A DNA stretch of 64,000 nt from Deltaproteobacteria bacterium (lineage in GTDB: Bacteria > Myxococcota > Kuafuiibacteriia > Kuafuiibacteriales > Kuafuiibacteriaceae). Under the pieces are notes generated by a model that worked only from the letters and a program-made list of their open reading frames with translations, made no database searches and had not been told where the DNA came from. Position 1 is the first letter of the stretch; each line of letters opens with the position of its first letter. Location of the stretch: NCBI GenBank assembly GCA_040218735.1, contig JAVJQW010000047.1, forward strand, positions 32,001 through 96,000, in the 5' to 3' direction. Both the position numbers and the translations under genes were made by a program. Shown here one piece after another: positions 9,328 through 18,675 of the stretch.

Positions 9328-11250
9328 TCAGAATGCGGCGTCGATTCGCCAGACGCCGACCGTCCCGTCGCACCCGCCCGTCGCGAGCAGCGAAGTCGTG
9401 TTTCCGAATGCGACAGCGCGGACGCCCCCGTCGTGTCCGCGCAGCAGGATCGCTCGGCCCGACGAAAAGTCGATCACCTTCGGCGCGAGTGTATCCAAGG
9501 CCGGCGCCGGCCCGAGCTCCCACCGGCCCTCTGACAACACCTGAGGACGGACGAACCGATACGGCCCCGCGATCGCGAGCCGCGCGCCGGTCCGGTCGAA
9601 CGCCGCGACGCGCAGATCGGTAGCCGGCACCCGCACGAGCTGGAGCGCATCCGGTGCGCCGAACGCCACGTCGAAGGCATCCCCCTTCGCGACGGACACC
9701 GCCGCGACGCGCGCACCGTCTGCCGTGATCGCCGCGGCGACGACGCGCGCCGGCAGCTTCAGTGTTTCACCGCCGACGACCGCCTCGGCACCGCGCCGCT
9801 CGACGAGGACCGCCGGATCGAAGGCGGCCGCAAGCAATGCGTCCGCCTCCGCGCCCTGCGCTTCGCGCGCACCCGACGCGACCGTGACCCGCTCGACTCG
9901 ACGCGCGGCGAGGGTCAGGACCGTCGCGCCATCGGACGCGAAGATCGCGCGCGAAACCTGCGCCGGATGGTTGTGCCGACCACGCTCCTCCCCGCGGTCG
10001 TCGAAGCGCACCAGGGCGCTCTGCGTAACCGCCGCGAAGCCCCCCGGTTCGAACGCCACCGCGAGGACCGGCGTCCGAAACGGTTGCAAGACGAGTTGCG
10101 AGCCCCCGTCCATCACGTGAATCGCGACGCTTCCTTCGGATGACCCCACCACGACGCGACGATCGTCGGGTGAGAACGCGACGGCGGTGACCTCGCCGCG
10201 CAGCCGCTCCTCGGCTCGTTCTTCACCGCTGGCCACGTCGAAGAACCGGAGACGCCCCGAAGCGCCCCCCACCGCATACCGATCGTCCAACCGCAGGACG
10301 GCGCGGAGCTCGAGCCCGACCTCGGAGGCCCACCGCAACTTCCCTTGCAGCGACCACGTCCCGAAGGTCCCCTCGGCCGTCGTCGCGACCAACGCGTCGC
10401 CGTCGAAGACGAGCGACGTGATTCCGCCGCCCGGCGCCTTCCACTGACGGAGCTTCTTGCCCGACTCGGCATCCCACAACGTGACGCGAGACCCGCGCCC
10501 GCCCGTCGCGATCGTACGACCGTCGGGCGAGAACGCGACGGCGAAGAGCGCGTCCGAATGACGGAGCACCCGCGGCGCCGCGTCGGGGGTCGACGTCTCG
10601 TAGACGCGCACCGTCTTGTCCCAGCTCGCGGAGGCGAGGCGGCGACCGTCGGGCGAGAGCGCGAGGTCCTCGACGCGCTCGTCGTGTCCCGCGAGGCGGC
10701 GCGATGTGTTGCCTTCGAACAGCGTCACCGACCCGGACAGACCACCGACCGCGACGCGCTCACCGACCGCGGCGATCGCCAGCAGCGGCGTCGACGCGGT
10801 CGTCCGTACTTCGTAGCTGGCGCCGTTCCAGGCGAGCCAGCGGCCGTCCCAGCCGACGGAGTGCAGGCGGCCGTCTGCGACGACGACATCGCGCGCCCCG
10901 CCCTCGTGGGCGAGGACCTCGACGACGCGTCCCCCGTCGCTCCCCCACACCCGCACGAACCCGTCGGCGTGTGCGGAGGCGAGGTGTCCTTCCGCGGTCG
11001 CGGCGAGCCCGTGCGCGAACGCGACGGCGCGATAGGAACGATCTCCGAGTCGCGCGGCGAGGAGTGAAGGCTTCGGGGTGGTCGTCGTCTCGCTCGAAGG
11101 CGCCGAGGCCTCCGGGGGCGTGATCTCGATCCACGCCGGCTCCTCCTTGTCGCGAAACAGATCCACGAACGGCCCTCGCATCGACGAACACGACGCGAGC
11201 AACACGACGAACGCGACCAGCGCACGTCGACCGACGAAGAGTGATGGCAT
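9328..11250 (-). CDS. WD40-repeat lipoprotein
   Basis: LASC lipobox; repeated GH...AFSPDG...SASWDKTVRV motifs. Confidence 0.9.
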   Translation of the reverse strand: MPSLFVGRRALVAFVVLLASCSSMRGPFVDLFRDKEEPAWIEITPPEASAPSSETTTTPKPSLLAARLGDRSYRAVAFAHGLAATAEGHLASAHADGFVRVWGSDGGRVVEVLAHEGGARDVVVADGRLHSVGWDGRWLAWNGASYEVRTTASTPLLAIAAVGERVAVGGLSGSVTLFEGNTSRRLAGHDERVEDLALSPDGRRLASASWDKTVRVYETSTPDAAPRVLRHSDALFAVAFSPDGRTIATGGRGSRVTLWDAESGKKLRQWKAPGGGITSLVFDGDALVATTAEGTFGTWSLQGKLRWASEVGLELRAVLRLDDRYAVGGASGRLRFFDVASGEERAEERLRGEVTAVAFSPDDRRVVVGSSEGSVAIHVMDGGSQLVLQPFRTPVLAVAFEPGGFAAVTQSALVRFDDRGEERGRHNHPAQVSRAIFASDGATVLTLAARRVERVTVASGAREAQGAEADALLAAAFDPAVLVERRGAEAVVGGETLKLPARVVAAAITADGARVAAVSVAKGDAFDVAFGAPDALQLVRVPATDLRVAAFDRTGARLAIAGPYRFVRPQVLSEGRWELGPAPALDTLAPKVIDFSSGRAILLRGHDGGVRAVAFGNTTSLLATGGCDGTVGVWRIDAAF

Positions 11251-11261
11251 GACGGTCTCCC

Positions 11262-12494
11262 TCAGTCGTCGTCGAAGGGCGGACGACCGGCGTCGATCGT
11301 CACGGTGTGCAGATCCGTGAACTCCCCGGCCTCCGCGATCCGCGCGACGGTCTCGTCATCGACGCCGGTGAACTCGACACCGCAGTACAGCGCGAGCGCT
11401 TGGTAGTAGACCCCCAGCGAGATCAGCGATTCGCGCACGAGCAACGTCCCGAGAAACATGCGCACGTGAACCTGCGACGCGATCTGCGAGCGCATGGCTC
11501 GCACCCGCTCGAGGTCTTCCGCGCTCACTGCATTCATAGCGCGCAAGGTCTGCCCGAACGACAGCCCCTGTTGGACGTCACCCACCGGCAGGCCATCGAA
11601 GAACCCATCCCCGAAGACCGGCGCGACCTCGGTGCAGAGCTGCGAGATGCTCGTGAACGGGCGGTTGTGATACGCCGCCCACGCCCGAAACATGAGGTGC
11701 GGTTTGAGGAGCTCGATGAACGCGACGAGGGTGACGACCGGCCACCCGCACTTCGGGTTCTTGAGCTGGTACTGCGTGTAGCGCTTGTTCCAGGCCACCG
11801 CCTGCGCCAGCTCGTCCTCCGACAGCTCACCCGTGTCGACGAGCGCTCGACGCAAACGAGTGAGCGCCGCGTCCAGCACCGGCGTCGCGGGCCGCGAGGC
11901 GACCGAATCGAAGCGCTTCTTCGCACGACGAATCGGGACGAACGGGTTGTCTTCCTCGATGTCGTCCTCGTCGTCGATGAACGGGAGGTCGCTCGTCATC
12001 CGCGCCCCGTCGGTCGTCGCACCGCGGAGCGTCGCCGGGTCGACGTCGAGGTTGCGCAAGTCGGCTTGACCGAGGTTCGCGCCACGAACCGCCGCACCGT
12101 ACAGCCGTGCGCCTCGCAGGTTGGCCCCCTCGAGGTTGGCGTCGCAGAGGTCGGCGTCGCGTAGGTCGCAGCCGCACAGATTGGCGTCCCTCAGGTCGAT
12201 CCCCCGGAGGAACGCGCCGCGCAGCGAGGCCCCCTGCAGATCCGCTCCGCACGCATGCACCGCATACAGGCGCGCCTTCTCCATCCGCGCCTGACGGAGG
12301 TTGGTGCCGTACATGGTGCTGCCGTCGAGGACCGCCTCGGTGAGGTCGGCGGCGCTGAGGTTGTAGCGGCTGAGTCGGCGCGTTTTCAGCTCGACCCCGG
12401 CGAGATCGATGAGAACGGAGTCTTCCGCCTGCCTCCACGAGTTCCAGTCGTCGACGCCGTTGTCGAGCCGATCCCGATGCTCGTCGTTGGGCAT
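11262..12494 (-). CDS. Pentapeptide-repeat protein with C-terminal MshEN-like region
   Basis: WNSWR followed by A(D/N)LxG repeats; C-terminal FGQTLRAMNAVSAEDL / FLGTLLVRESLIS segments. Confidence 0.8.
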   Translation of the reverse strand: MPNDEHRDRLDNGVDDWNSWRQAEDSVLIDLAGVELKTRRLSRYNLSAADLTEAVLDGSTMYGTNLRQARMEKARLYAVHACGADLQGASLRGAFLRGIDLRDANLCGCDLRDADLCDANLEGANLRGARLYGAAVRGANLGQADLRNLDVDPATLRGATTDGARMTSDLPFIDDEDDIEEDNPFVPIRRAKKRFDSVASRPATPVLDAALTRLRRALVDTGELSEDELAQAVAWNKRYTQYQLKNPKCGWPVVTLVAFIELLKPHLMFRAWAAYHNRPFTSISQLCTEVAPVFGDGFFDGLPVGDVQQGLSFGQTLRAMNAVSAEDLERVRAMRSQIASQVHVRMFLGTLLVRESLISLGVYYQALALYCGVEFTGVDDETVARIAEAGEFTDLHTVTIDAGRPPFDDD

Positions 12495-12646
12495 AACCTC
12501 TGACCCGGGAGGATAACCAAACCCGCCCCCGCAAGCGAACGCCCGCGGGCGTCGATTCTCGGCCGACACACCAGGATACGCTTTGACCAGGATGTCGAGT
12601 CTACAAAGTCGGCAGAGGTTCAAGCAGGTGGTAGGTTTCGGACGGC

Positions 12647-14263
12647 ATGCAGCCCGTGTTCGGGAGACAACCGGGGTACGTCGTCTCGTACTGCCCCGTA
12701 GCCTCGGCACACGGGATGCGGGTGCTCGAGGAGGGCGGCAACGCCGTCGACGCGGCCGTCGCGACCGGCCTCGCGCTCGCCGTCACGTATCCCCAGGCCG
12801 GCAACATCGGCGGCGGTGGCTTCATGCTCATCGCGCCCCACAAGGAGCCGGTGAGTTTCCTCGACTACCGCGAGGTCGCACCGAAGAACATCAACCCGCA
12901 GGACTACCTCGTCGATGGACGTCGCGGCGAAGCGATGGTGCTCGGCGCAAAGTCCGCCGCCGTGCCCGGAACGATCGCCGGGTTTGCAAAGGCGCTCGAA
13001 ACCCACGGGACGATGTCGTGGGATCGCATCGTCGGGCAGATCGTCGACCTCGCCGAAAACGGCGTCATCATCACGTCGCGCCAGGCCGCCTATCTCAACG
13101 CATACCGCGAGACGCTCTCGCGCTTCGAATCCACACGTAAGGTCTTCGGCCGATCGATACTTCCGGCGACGCGCTTCCTTCAGCCGGACCTCGCGCAGAC
13201 GTTCCGCCGCCTCGCAGAACACGGACCACGCGACTTCTACCGCGGTCGACTCGCCGCGCTCCTCCTCGACGAGATCCGTCGCGGCGGCGGACCGATGACC
13301 CTGGACGACCTCGTCGAGTTCGAGGCGAAGTGGCGCGTCCCGTTCACGTGTGAGGCGTTCGGGCGCCGCATATGGACGGCGCCCTTCCCTTCCGGCGGCG
13401 GCCTCGTCGTGCACCTGACCCTGCGTATCCTCGACGGCCTCGGCTACGCTTCGCTCCCCCCACGTTCCCTCGAGCGCTACCAACTGTTGATCCGTGCGTT
13501 CCGCGTCGCGTTCTGGATGCGGCAAACCTACGCCGTCGATCCCGACTTCCTCACCGAAGAGCAGCAGCTGGAGATCGAGACCCTCCTCGAGTGTCCGATC
13601 ACCCGCTCGCAGCTCGAAGAGTGGGAGACAAAACTCCGCCAGGACAAACGGCTGCTCGAGAACGAAGCCGCCTACCTTAGGTCGCAGAACAAGAACACGA
13701 CCCACTTCAGCGTGCTCGACTCTGCAGGAAACGCAGTATCGAACACCTACAGCCTCAACACACTGTTTGGTTCGAAGCTGGTGGTGAACGGCGCCGGTTA
13801 CCTGCTCAACAACACGCTGGATGACTTTGGCGTCGGACGTGGGACGCCCAACTGGTACGGCATCCTGGACGGCGATCGAAACATGCTCACGGGGGGGCGC
13901 CGTCCGGTCGGTTCGATGGCGCCGACGATCGTCGAGGGTGACGGTGTACCAGAGCTCGTCATCGGCGGCTCTGGCGGGCCGACCATCCCCACGATGGTGG
14001 TTCAGACGCTTCTGGGCGTGGTCCTCGACGGCCGCTCGGTCGCGGCCGCCTTGGCCGAGCCCCGCGTGCACCACCAACACTCCAAGGCGGAGCTCCGCTT
14101 GGAGAACGCCGTCGCGCAGAGCATCCGGGATACACTTTTTCTCGACGACGACCCGCGCACTTTTGTCTCGCGAATCGGGATCGGCGCGGCGATTCATCGC
14201 GACCAGGACACGGGTCAGGTGCAGGCCGCGCTCGATCCACGCTTCGGTCTACACGGTCAGTGA
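12647..14263 (+). CDS. ggt: Gamma-glutamyltransferase (cytoplasmic, no signal peptide)
   Basis: GGNAVDAAVA, GNIGGGGFM, DYREVAP, catalytic TTHFSVLD, GGSGGPTI. Confidence 0.92.
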   Translation: MQPVFGRQPGYVVSYCPVASAHGMRVLEEGGNAVDAAVATGLALAVTYPQAGNIGGGGFMLIAPHKEPVSFLDYREVAPKNINPQDYLVDGRRGEAMVLGAKSAAVPGTIAGFAKALETHGTMSWDRIVGQIVDLAENGVIITSRQAAYLNAYRETLSRFESTRKVFGRSILPATRFLQPDLAQTFRRLAEHGPRDFYRGRLAALLLDEIRRGGGPMTLDDLVEFEAKWRVPFTCEAFGRRIWTAPFPSGGGLVVHLTLRILDGLGYASLPPRSLERYQLLIRAFRVAFWMRQTYAVDPDFLTEEQQLEIETLLECPITRSQLEEWETKLRQDKRLLENEAAYLRSQNKNTTHFSVLDSAGNAVSNTYSLNTLFGSKLVVNGAGYLLNNTLDDFGVGRGTPNWYGILDGDRNMLTGGRRPVGSMAPTIVEGDGVPELVIGGSGGPTIPTMVVQTLLGVVLDGRSVAAALAEPRVHHQHSKAELRLENAVAQSIRDTLFLDDDPRTFVSRIGIGAAIHRDQDTGQVQAALDPRFGLHGQ

Positions 14264-14396
14264 TCAGCGCGGGTGTAGACCAGCGACTACAGGGTCGGCG
14301 TTCGAAAGTGGATCGGTCACACCCATCGCGGGCGGGCCGAAACTCCGTACATTGCGCCAAATATCAGGCTACATCAAAGTCGCCGCGGCCCCACCG

Positions 14397-15719
14397 ATGT
14401 ATGAACTGATGAGTGCGTCGCTCCCCGTCATGGCCGAACGCCCCTCGGCCGTGGCCAGACTTCGCGCGCGACTGGACCGTGAGCCGGGACACGTCGTCGC
14501 GTCGTTCCGCGCGCTACAGGAGCAACAACGTCAACGACGCGTGCTGTTTCGCGACGAGCTCCTCCCAGCTTCAATCGTTCCGCACTTCGTCGACCGAGAG
14601 GTTCACCAAGAGTGGGTACGACAACTCACCCAGTTGTTCGTGGATCTGGAAGCCATTGGCGCAGACTTCCTCGAATCACCGGACCTGTACGACACCCTCG
14701 GACTCCCCGATGCCGCGCGCGCTCTGATCGAAATCGATCCAGGTTACGACAAACTCGCCATCGTCTCGCGACTCGACATGGTGTGGGACGGCGACCGCTC
14801 CTACGTCTACGAGATCAACGTCGACAGCCCGGCGATGATGACGTTCACGGACTACCTCGAGGACATCATCCGCTCGCTCTTCCCGCTGCAGGGGCTCGAG
14901 GACGTCGACCCGATGCCACATCGCCGCACCACGGTGCTGCACGACGCTCTCATCGAGTGTTACCAACAGTGGGGCGGCAACAAGGCCTCGCCGACGATCG
15001 CGATCGTCGATTGGCGCGGCCAGAAGACCGCCGACGAGCTCGTTGCGACCGCCAATGAGTTTACGAAGCTGGGATCACCTTCGTTCGTTTGTGACCCGCG
15101 GGACCTGAAGATCGTCAACCGCAAGCTGACTTGCAACGGGCGCGAGATCGACATCGTTCAGCGCCGTGTGCTGTTCCCTGAGTTCCTGCAACGTCCGAAC
15201 GAAATCGCTACGCTCGTCGAGGCGTACCGACGCGGGCTCATATGTATGGCGAATCCACTTCGCTCGTACCTGCTCGGCAACAAGTGCCTCCTCACGCTCC
15301 TGAGCGACGAGCGCGGACGTTCTGCGGTTGGACGCCAGATCGTGCTTCCGACGGTCCGCGTCACGCCCGACAACGTCAATCGGTTCCGTCAACGCGAAGA
15401 CTGGGTCCTCAAGGGTGCACTCGGCCATGGCGGCCACGAAGTCCTCCTCGGCGTGGAGCAGTCCGACGAAGCGTGGGCCGAAGCGCTCGATATCGCCCAT
15501 CGCTCGTTGTGGGTCGCGCAGCGCTATCACCGACCGCCGAAGCTGACGGTCCCCATCATGACTTCGGACGGTATCCAGGAGCGCCCGTTGTGGGCGAACT
15601 GGAACCCGTTCTTCTTCGGCGGCCGGTTCGCGGGCGGAATGACGCGCGTGAGCTCGGAAGCCATCGTGAGCATCACCGCGAACGGCGCGTTGTTGCCCAC
15701 GCTCACGACGACCCCATGA
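14397..15719 (+). CDS. Circularly permuted ATP-grasp / glutathionylspermidine synthase-like amide ligase
   Basis: SRLDMV...YEINVDSPA, IAIVDW, LLGNKCLL, WVLKGALGHGGHEV, WVAQRY; start uncertain (14397, 14409 or 14430). Confidence 0.8.
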   Translation: MYELMSASLPVMAERPSAVARLRARLDREPGHVVASFRALQEQQRQRRVLFRDELLPASIVPHFVDREVHQEWVRQLTQLFVDLEAIGADFLESPDLYDTLGLPDAARALIEIDPGYDKLAIVSRLDMVWDGDRSYVYEINVDSPAMMTFTDYLEDIIRSLFPLQGLEDVDPMPHRRTTVLHDALIECYQQWGGNKASPTIAIVDWRGQKTADELVATANEFTKLGSPSFVCDPRDLKIVNRKLTCNGREIDIVQRRVLFPEFLQRPNEIATLVEAYRRGLICMANPLRSYLLGNKCLLTLLSDERGRSAVGRQIVLPTVRVTPDNVNRFRQREDWVLKGALGHGGHEVLLGVEQSDEAWAEALDIAHRSLWVAQRYHRPPKLTVPIMTSDGIQERPLWANWNPFFFGGRFAGGMTRVSSEAIVSITANGALLPTLTTTP

Positions 15720-16852
15720 CCGATAAATCCCCCATCCTGCAGATTCGATATGTCGATCCCGACGAAGGTTGGGAAGGCTACCTCGTCATCGACAGCCTGG
15801 TGAATGGCGTATCGGGTGGCGGTCTTCGCGTCACGAAGACCGTCGACTTCGACGAGGTGCGCGGATTGGCGCGCGCCATGTCGCTGAAGAACCACGTGAT
15901 GGGTTTGCCGCTGGGCGGCGCGAAGTCGGCCGTACGCTACGACCCGGCGGCGCCCGAGCTCCCCGACGTACTCACGAAATTCATGCGGCACATCGGACCG
16001 ATCTGCCAACAGATGTACGGATGGGGCCCGGACATGAACACGCCCCCCGATCTCTGCGACAGCGTCGCGGACCGAGCGGGGATGAAGTCACGTCACATGG
16101 CGCTCGCCGAACGGTCGGAGCACGGGTACGCGGGCGTGGACAACTACAACCGAGCGCTTCGCTTGCAGGTCGGTCCGGTGACGATGACCGAAGCACGCAC
16201 GGCGATCGGCGTCGTCGGCGCCACGGAGTGCGCCGCGAAGCTCCTCGAGCTGGGCGGTCCACTGCGCGTCGCGATTCAGGGGTTCGGATCGGTGGGGAGC
16301 GGCGCGGTCTACTTCCTCGATCAACGCGGTCACCGCATCGTCGGGGTCGCAGACGCGGGCGGCGCATACAAAAAGGCCGACGGCCTGGATTTCGACACGC
16401 TGCTCGCAGCCAAGGGCGACAACCGAGAGATCGACCCGGCGAAGGTCCCCGAAGCACAGCGCGCCGGAGCTCCGGACGCCATCTTCGACGTGGAGTGCGA
16501 CGTGTTGATCCTCGCCGCGCTCTCCGGCGCGCTCACCGAGGAGCGCGCCCGCCGTGTCCGCGCGAAGATGGTGGTCGAGGGCGGAAACCTCGCCGTAACC
16601 GACGCCGGAGCGGCCGTCCTCGCGGAGCGCGGCATCCCGTCCGTGCCCGACTTCATCGTCAATGGTGGCGGCATCGGGATCGTCAGCGGCGTCATCCAGC
16701 TCGGTTGGAAGTGCGACGCGGACTACATCCTCGAGCAGATCGAATCCCGGGTTGCGGCCGCCACGGAGCGAACGGTTCACCACGCCAAGCAGCACGGCGG
16801 CACGCTGCGCGAGGCCGCGTACGCGTTGCTCCCGGAGCGACTGCGCCCCTGA
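15716..16852 (+). CDS. Glu/Leu/Phe/Val dehydrogenase-family protein
   Basis: GGGLR, MSLK...GGAKS, GPDMNT, IQGFGSVG, VEGGN, PDFIVNGGG; ATGA overlap with the upstream gene. Confidence 0.9.
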   Translation: MTDKSPILQIRYVDPDEGWEGYLVIDSLVNGVSGGGLRVTKTVDFDEVRGLARAMSLKNHVMGLPLGGAKSAVRYDPAAPELPDVLTKFMRHIGPICQQMYGWGPDMNTPPDLCDSVADRAGMKSRHMALAERSEHGYAGVDNYNRALRLQVGPVTMTEARTAIGVVGATECAAKLLELGGPLRVAIQGFGSVGSGAVYFLDQRGHRIVGVADAGGAYKKADGLDFDTLLAAKGDNREIDPAKVPEAQRAGAPDAIFDVECDVLILAALSGALTEERARRVRAKMVVEGGNLAVTDAGAAVLAERGIPSVPDFIVNGGGIGIVSGVIQLGWKCDADYILEQIESRVAAATERTVHHAKQHGGTLREAAYALLPERLRP

Positions 16853-16859
16853 GCTCACC

Positions 16860-17600
16860 ATGATGGACATGGTCACGAAGCTGCTGGGGCCCTCGAGCCG
16901 AACCGAGAAGCCGCGAGGGCACGGGATCACGATCCTCCTCGACAAGGGCCTCGGCCCGAATGCCATCGACGACATCGGTACCGTCTGCGGCGCGCACTGT
17001 GACTACGCGAAGATCGCGTGGGGAAGCCTACTCATCTCGGGTGGCTTGGAAGCCAAGATCGCCGCGTACCGACGACACGGAATCGAACCCAAGATCGGTG
17101 GCACCCTCTTCGAGTACGCGTACGCCAACGGCAAGGTCGAGGACCTCCTCGTGCTCGTGCAGGAGTTGAAGATTCACGTCGAGATCTCCGACGGGGTCAT
17201 CAAGCTCCCACGTCAGGAGCGGCTCGCGCTCATCTCCAAGTTCGCCGCGCGGGTGAACGTCTTCTCGGAGCTGGGAGGCAAACTCTCGGCGCACGACCTC
17301 GACTTCGTCGCAGCGGCGAAGGAAGACCTCGCCGCTGGTGCAAAGAAGGTCGTCATCGAAGGCCGTGAAGTGGGTCCGGTCGGCAAACCCATCCGCACGG
17401 ATCTGGTCGACCGCCTCCTCGAAGCGTTGCCCGTCGAGGACATGGTCTTCGAATCACTCGAACGCCCCCAGCAGGTCTTCTTCATCAAACGCGTCGGCGC
17501 AAACGTGAACCTCGGGAACATCCTGCCGAAGGACCTCATGACGGTGGAGTGTTTCCGCCGCGGCCTGAAGGAACACACGTTCCTCGACAAGCCGGTCTGA
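16860..17600 (+). CDS. comA: Phosphosulfolactate synthase
   Basis: KPRGHGITILLDKG, DYAKIAWGS, GGTLFE, VEISDG, IEGRE, NVNLGNI, ECFRRGL. Confidence 0.9.
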   Translation: MMDMVTKLLGPSSRTEKPRGHGITILLDKGLGPNAIDDIGTVCGAHCDYAKIAWGSLLISGGLEAKIAAYRRHGIEPKIGGTLFEYAYANGKVEDLLVLVQELKIHVEISDGVIKLPRQERLALISKFAARVNVFSELGGKLSAHDLDFVAAAKEDLAAGAKKVVIEGREVGPVGKPIRTDLVDRLLEALPVEDMVFESLERPQQVFFIKRVGANVNLGNILPKDLMTVECFRRGLKEHTFLDKPV

Positions 17601-17602
17601 CG

Positions 17603-18289
17603 ATGCACGTCGAGATCGTCCGCCCCCGCGACCTCGACGGTGAAGCCGACGTCGCGGTCGTGATCGACATCTTCCGCGCTACGAGCACCGCGACGACGCT
17701 GCTCGCGGAGCAGACGGACACGATGGCGATCGCAGCGACCCCGGCCGAAGTGCTCGCACACGGTGAAGCCGTCCCGCGCCCCCTGGTGTTCAGCGAGATC
17801 TCACAGCTCGACGTGCCGATGGACCGCGTCGACAACAGCCCCTCGGTGGCCAAGCAGCTGGAGCTCGCGGGCCGTACGCCCGTCCTCGTCACGACCAACG
17901 GCACTCGAACCGTCGACGCCGTCGCAGATCGCGTGAACACGATCCTGCTCGGGTCCTTCCTGAGCCTCTCCGCGCTGGTCCATCACCTTCGCTCGCTCGC
18001 GCCCAGACGGGTATTCGTGGTGCCCGCAGGGAGCTTCTCGCGCAATGCGAGCCACATCGAGGACGACCTCTGCGCCGAAGCCATCCGGACGCTCCTCGCC
18101 GACGGCGAACACGATCCCGAGGAGGTCGTCCGCGCCGTTCGCGCCTCCGAACGCTACGACCGCCGAGTCCGCGGCAACGCCAACTTCGAAGCCGACGCCG
18201 AGATCGCGCTGAGCCACGACATCTACACCGTGGTCCCCGTCGTCCGCCGCGAAAGCGGGTTGTTCTGGGCGACGCCGGCTACGACTTAG
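17603..18289 (+). CDS. comB: 2-phosphosulfolactate phosphatase
   Basis: VIDIFRATST, NSPS, TTNGT, EDDLCA; immediately downstream of comA. Confidence 0.88.
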   Translation: MHVEIVRPRDLDGEADVAVVIDIFRATSTATTLLAEQTDTMAIAATPAEVLAHGEAVPRPLVFSEISQLDVPMDRVDNSPSVAKQLELAGRTPVLVTTNGTRTVDAVADRVNTILLGSFLSLSALVHHLRSLAPRRVFVVPAGSFSRNASHIEDDLCAEAIRTLLADGEHDPEEVVRAVRASERYDRRVRGNANFEADAEIALSHDIYTVVPVVRRESGLFWATPATT

Positions 18290-18656
18290 GTTTCCTGGAG
18301 ACGACCTGCATCCGCCAGCCGTCCGGATCCCGGAAGTTGGCGAGCGTACGGCCCGTGGGCTCGTAGAAGGTCGGCCCCGCCTCCAGCTTCAGTCCGTTGG
18401 CCTCCGCGTGCTCGGCGAAAGCGTCGGCGTCGTCGACCCGGTAGGCGATGTGATTCACACCGACGTTCTCTTCGCCCGCGACCTGGTGCAGCTCGATGAT
18501 GGGCTGGTCGCCGTCGCCGGGGAACTTCAGCTCCGCCGATGCGCCGTGGTGACTCGTCCGGCGAACCAGCTCGAACCCGAGCATCTGGTACCAAGCGATC
18601 TGCTGCTCCAGATCGCGCACGATGATTTCGATGTGATCGATTCCTAGGAATTTCAT
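18279..18656 (-). CDS. VOC/glyoxalase-family protein
   Basis: IDHIEIIVRDL...LGF, NHIAYRVDD, FRDPDGWRMQV. Confidence 0.88.
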   Translation of the reverse strand: MKFLGIDHIEIIVRDLEQQIAWYQMLGFELVRRTSHHGASAELKFPGDGDQPIIELHQVAGEENVGVNHIAYRVDDADAFAEHAEANGLKLEAGPTFYEPTGRTLANFRDPDGWRMQVVSRKPKS

Positions 18657-18675
18657 GAGTTCTCTTCCGTGATCT

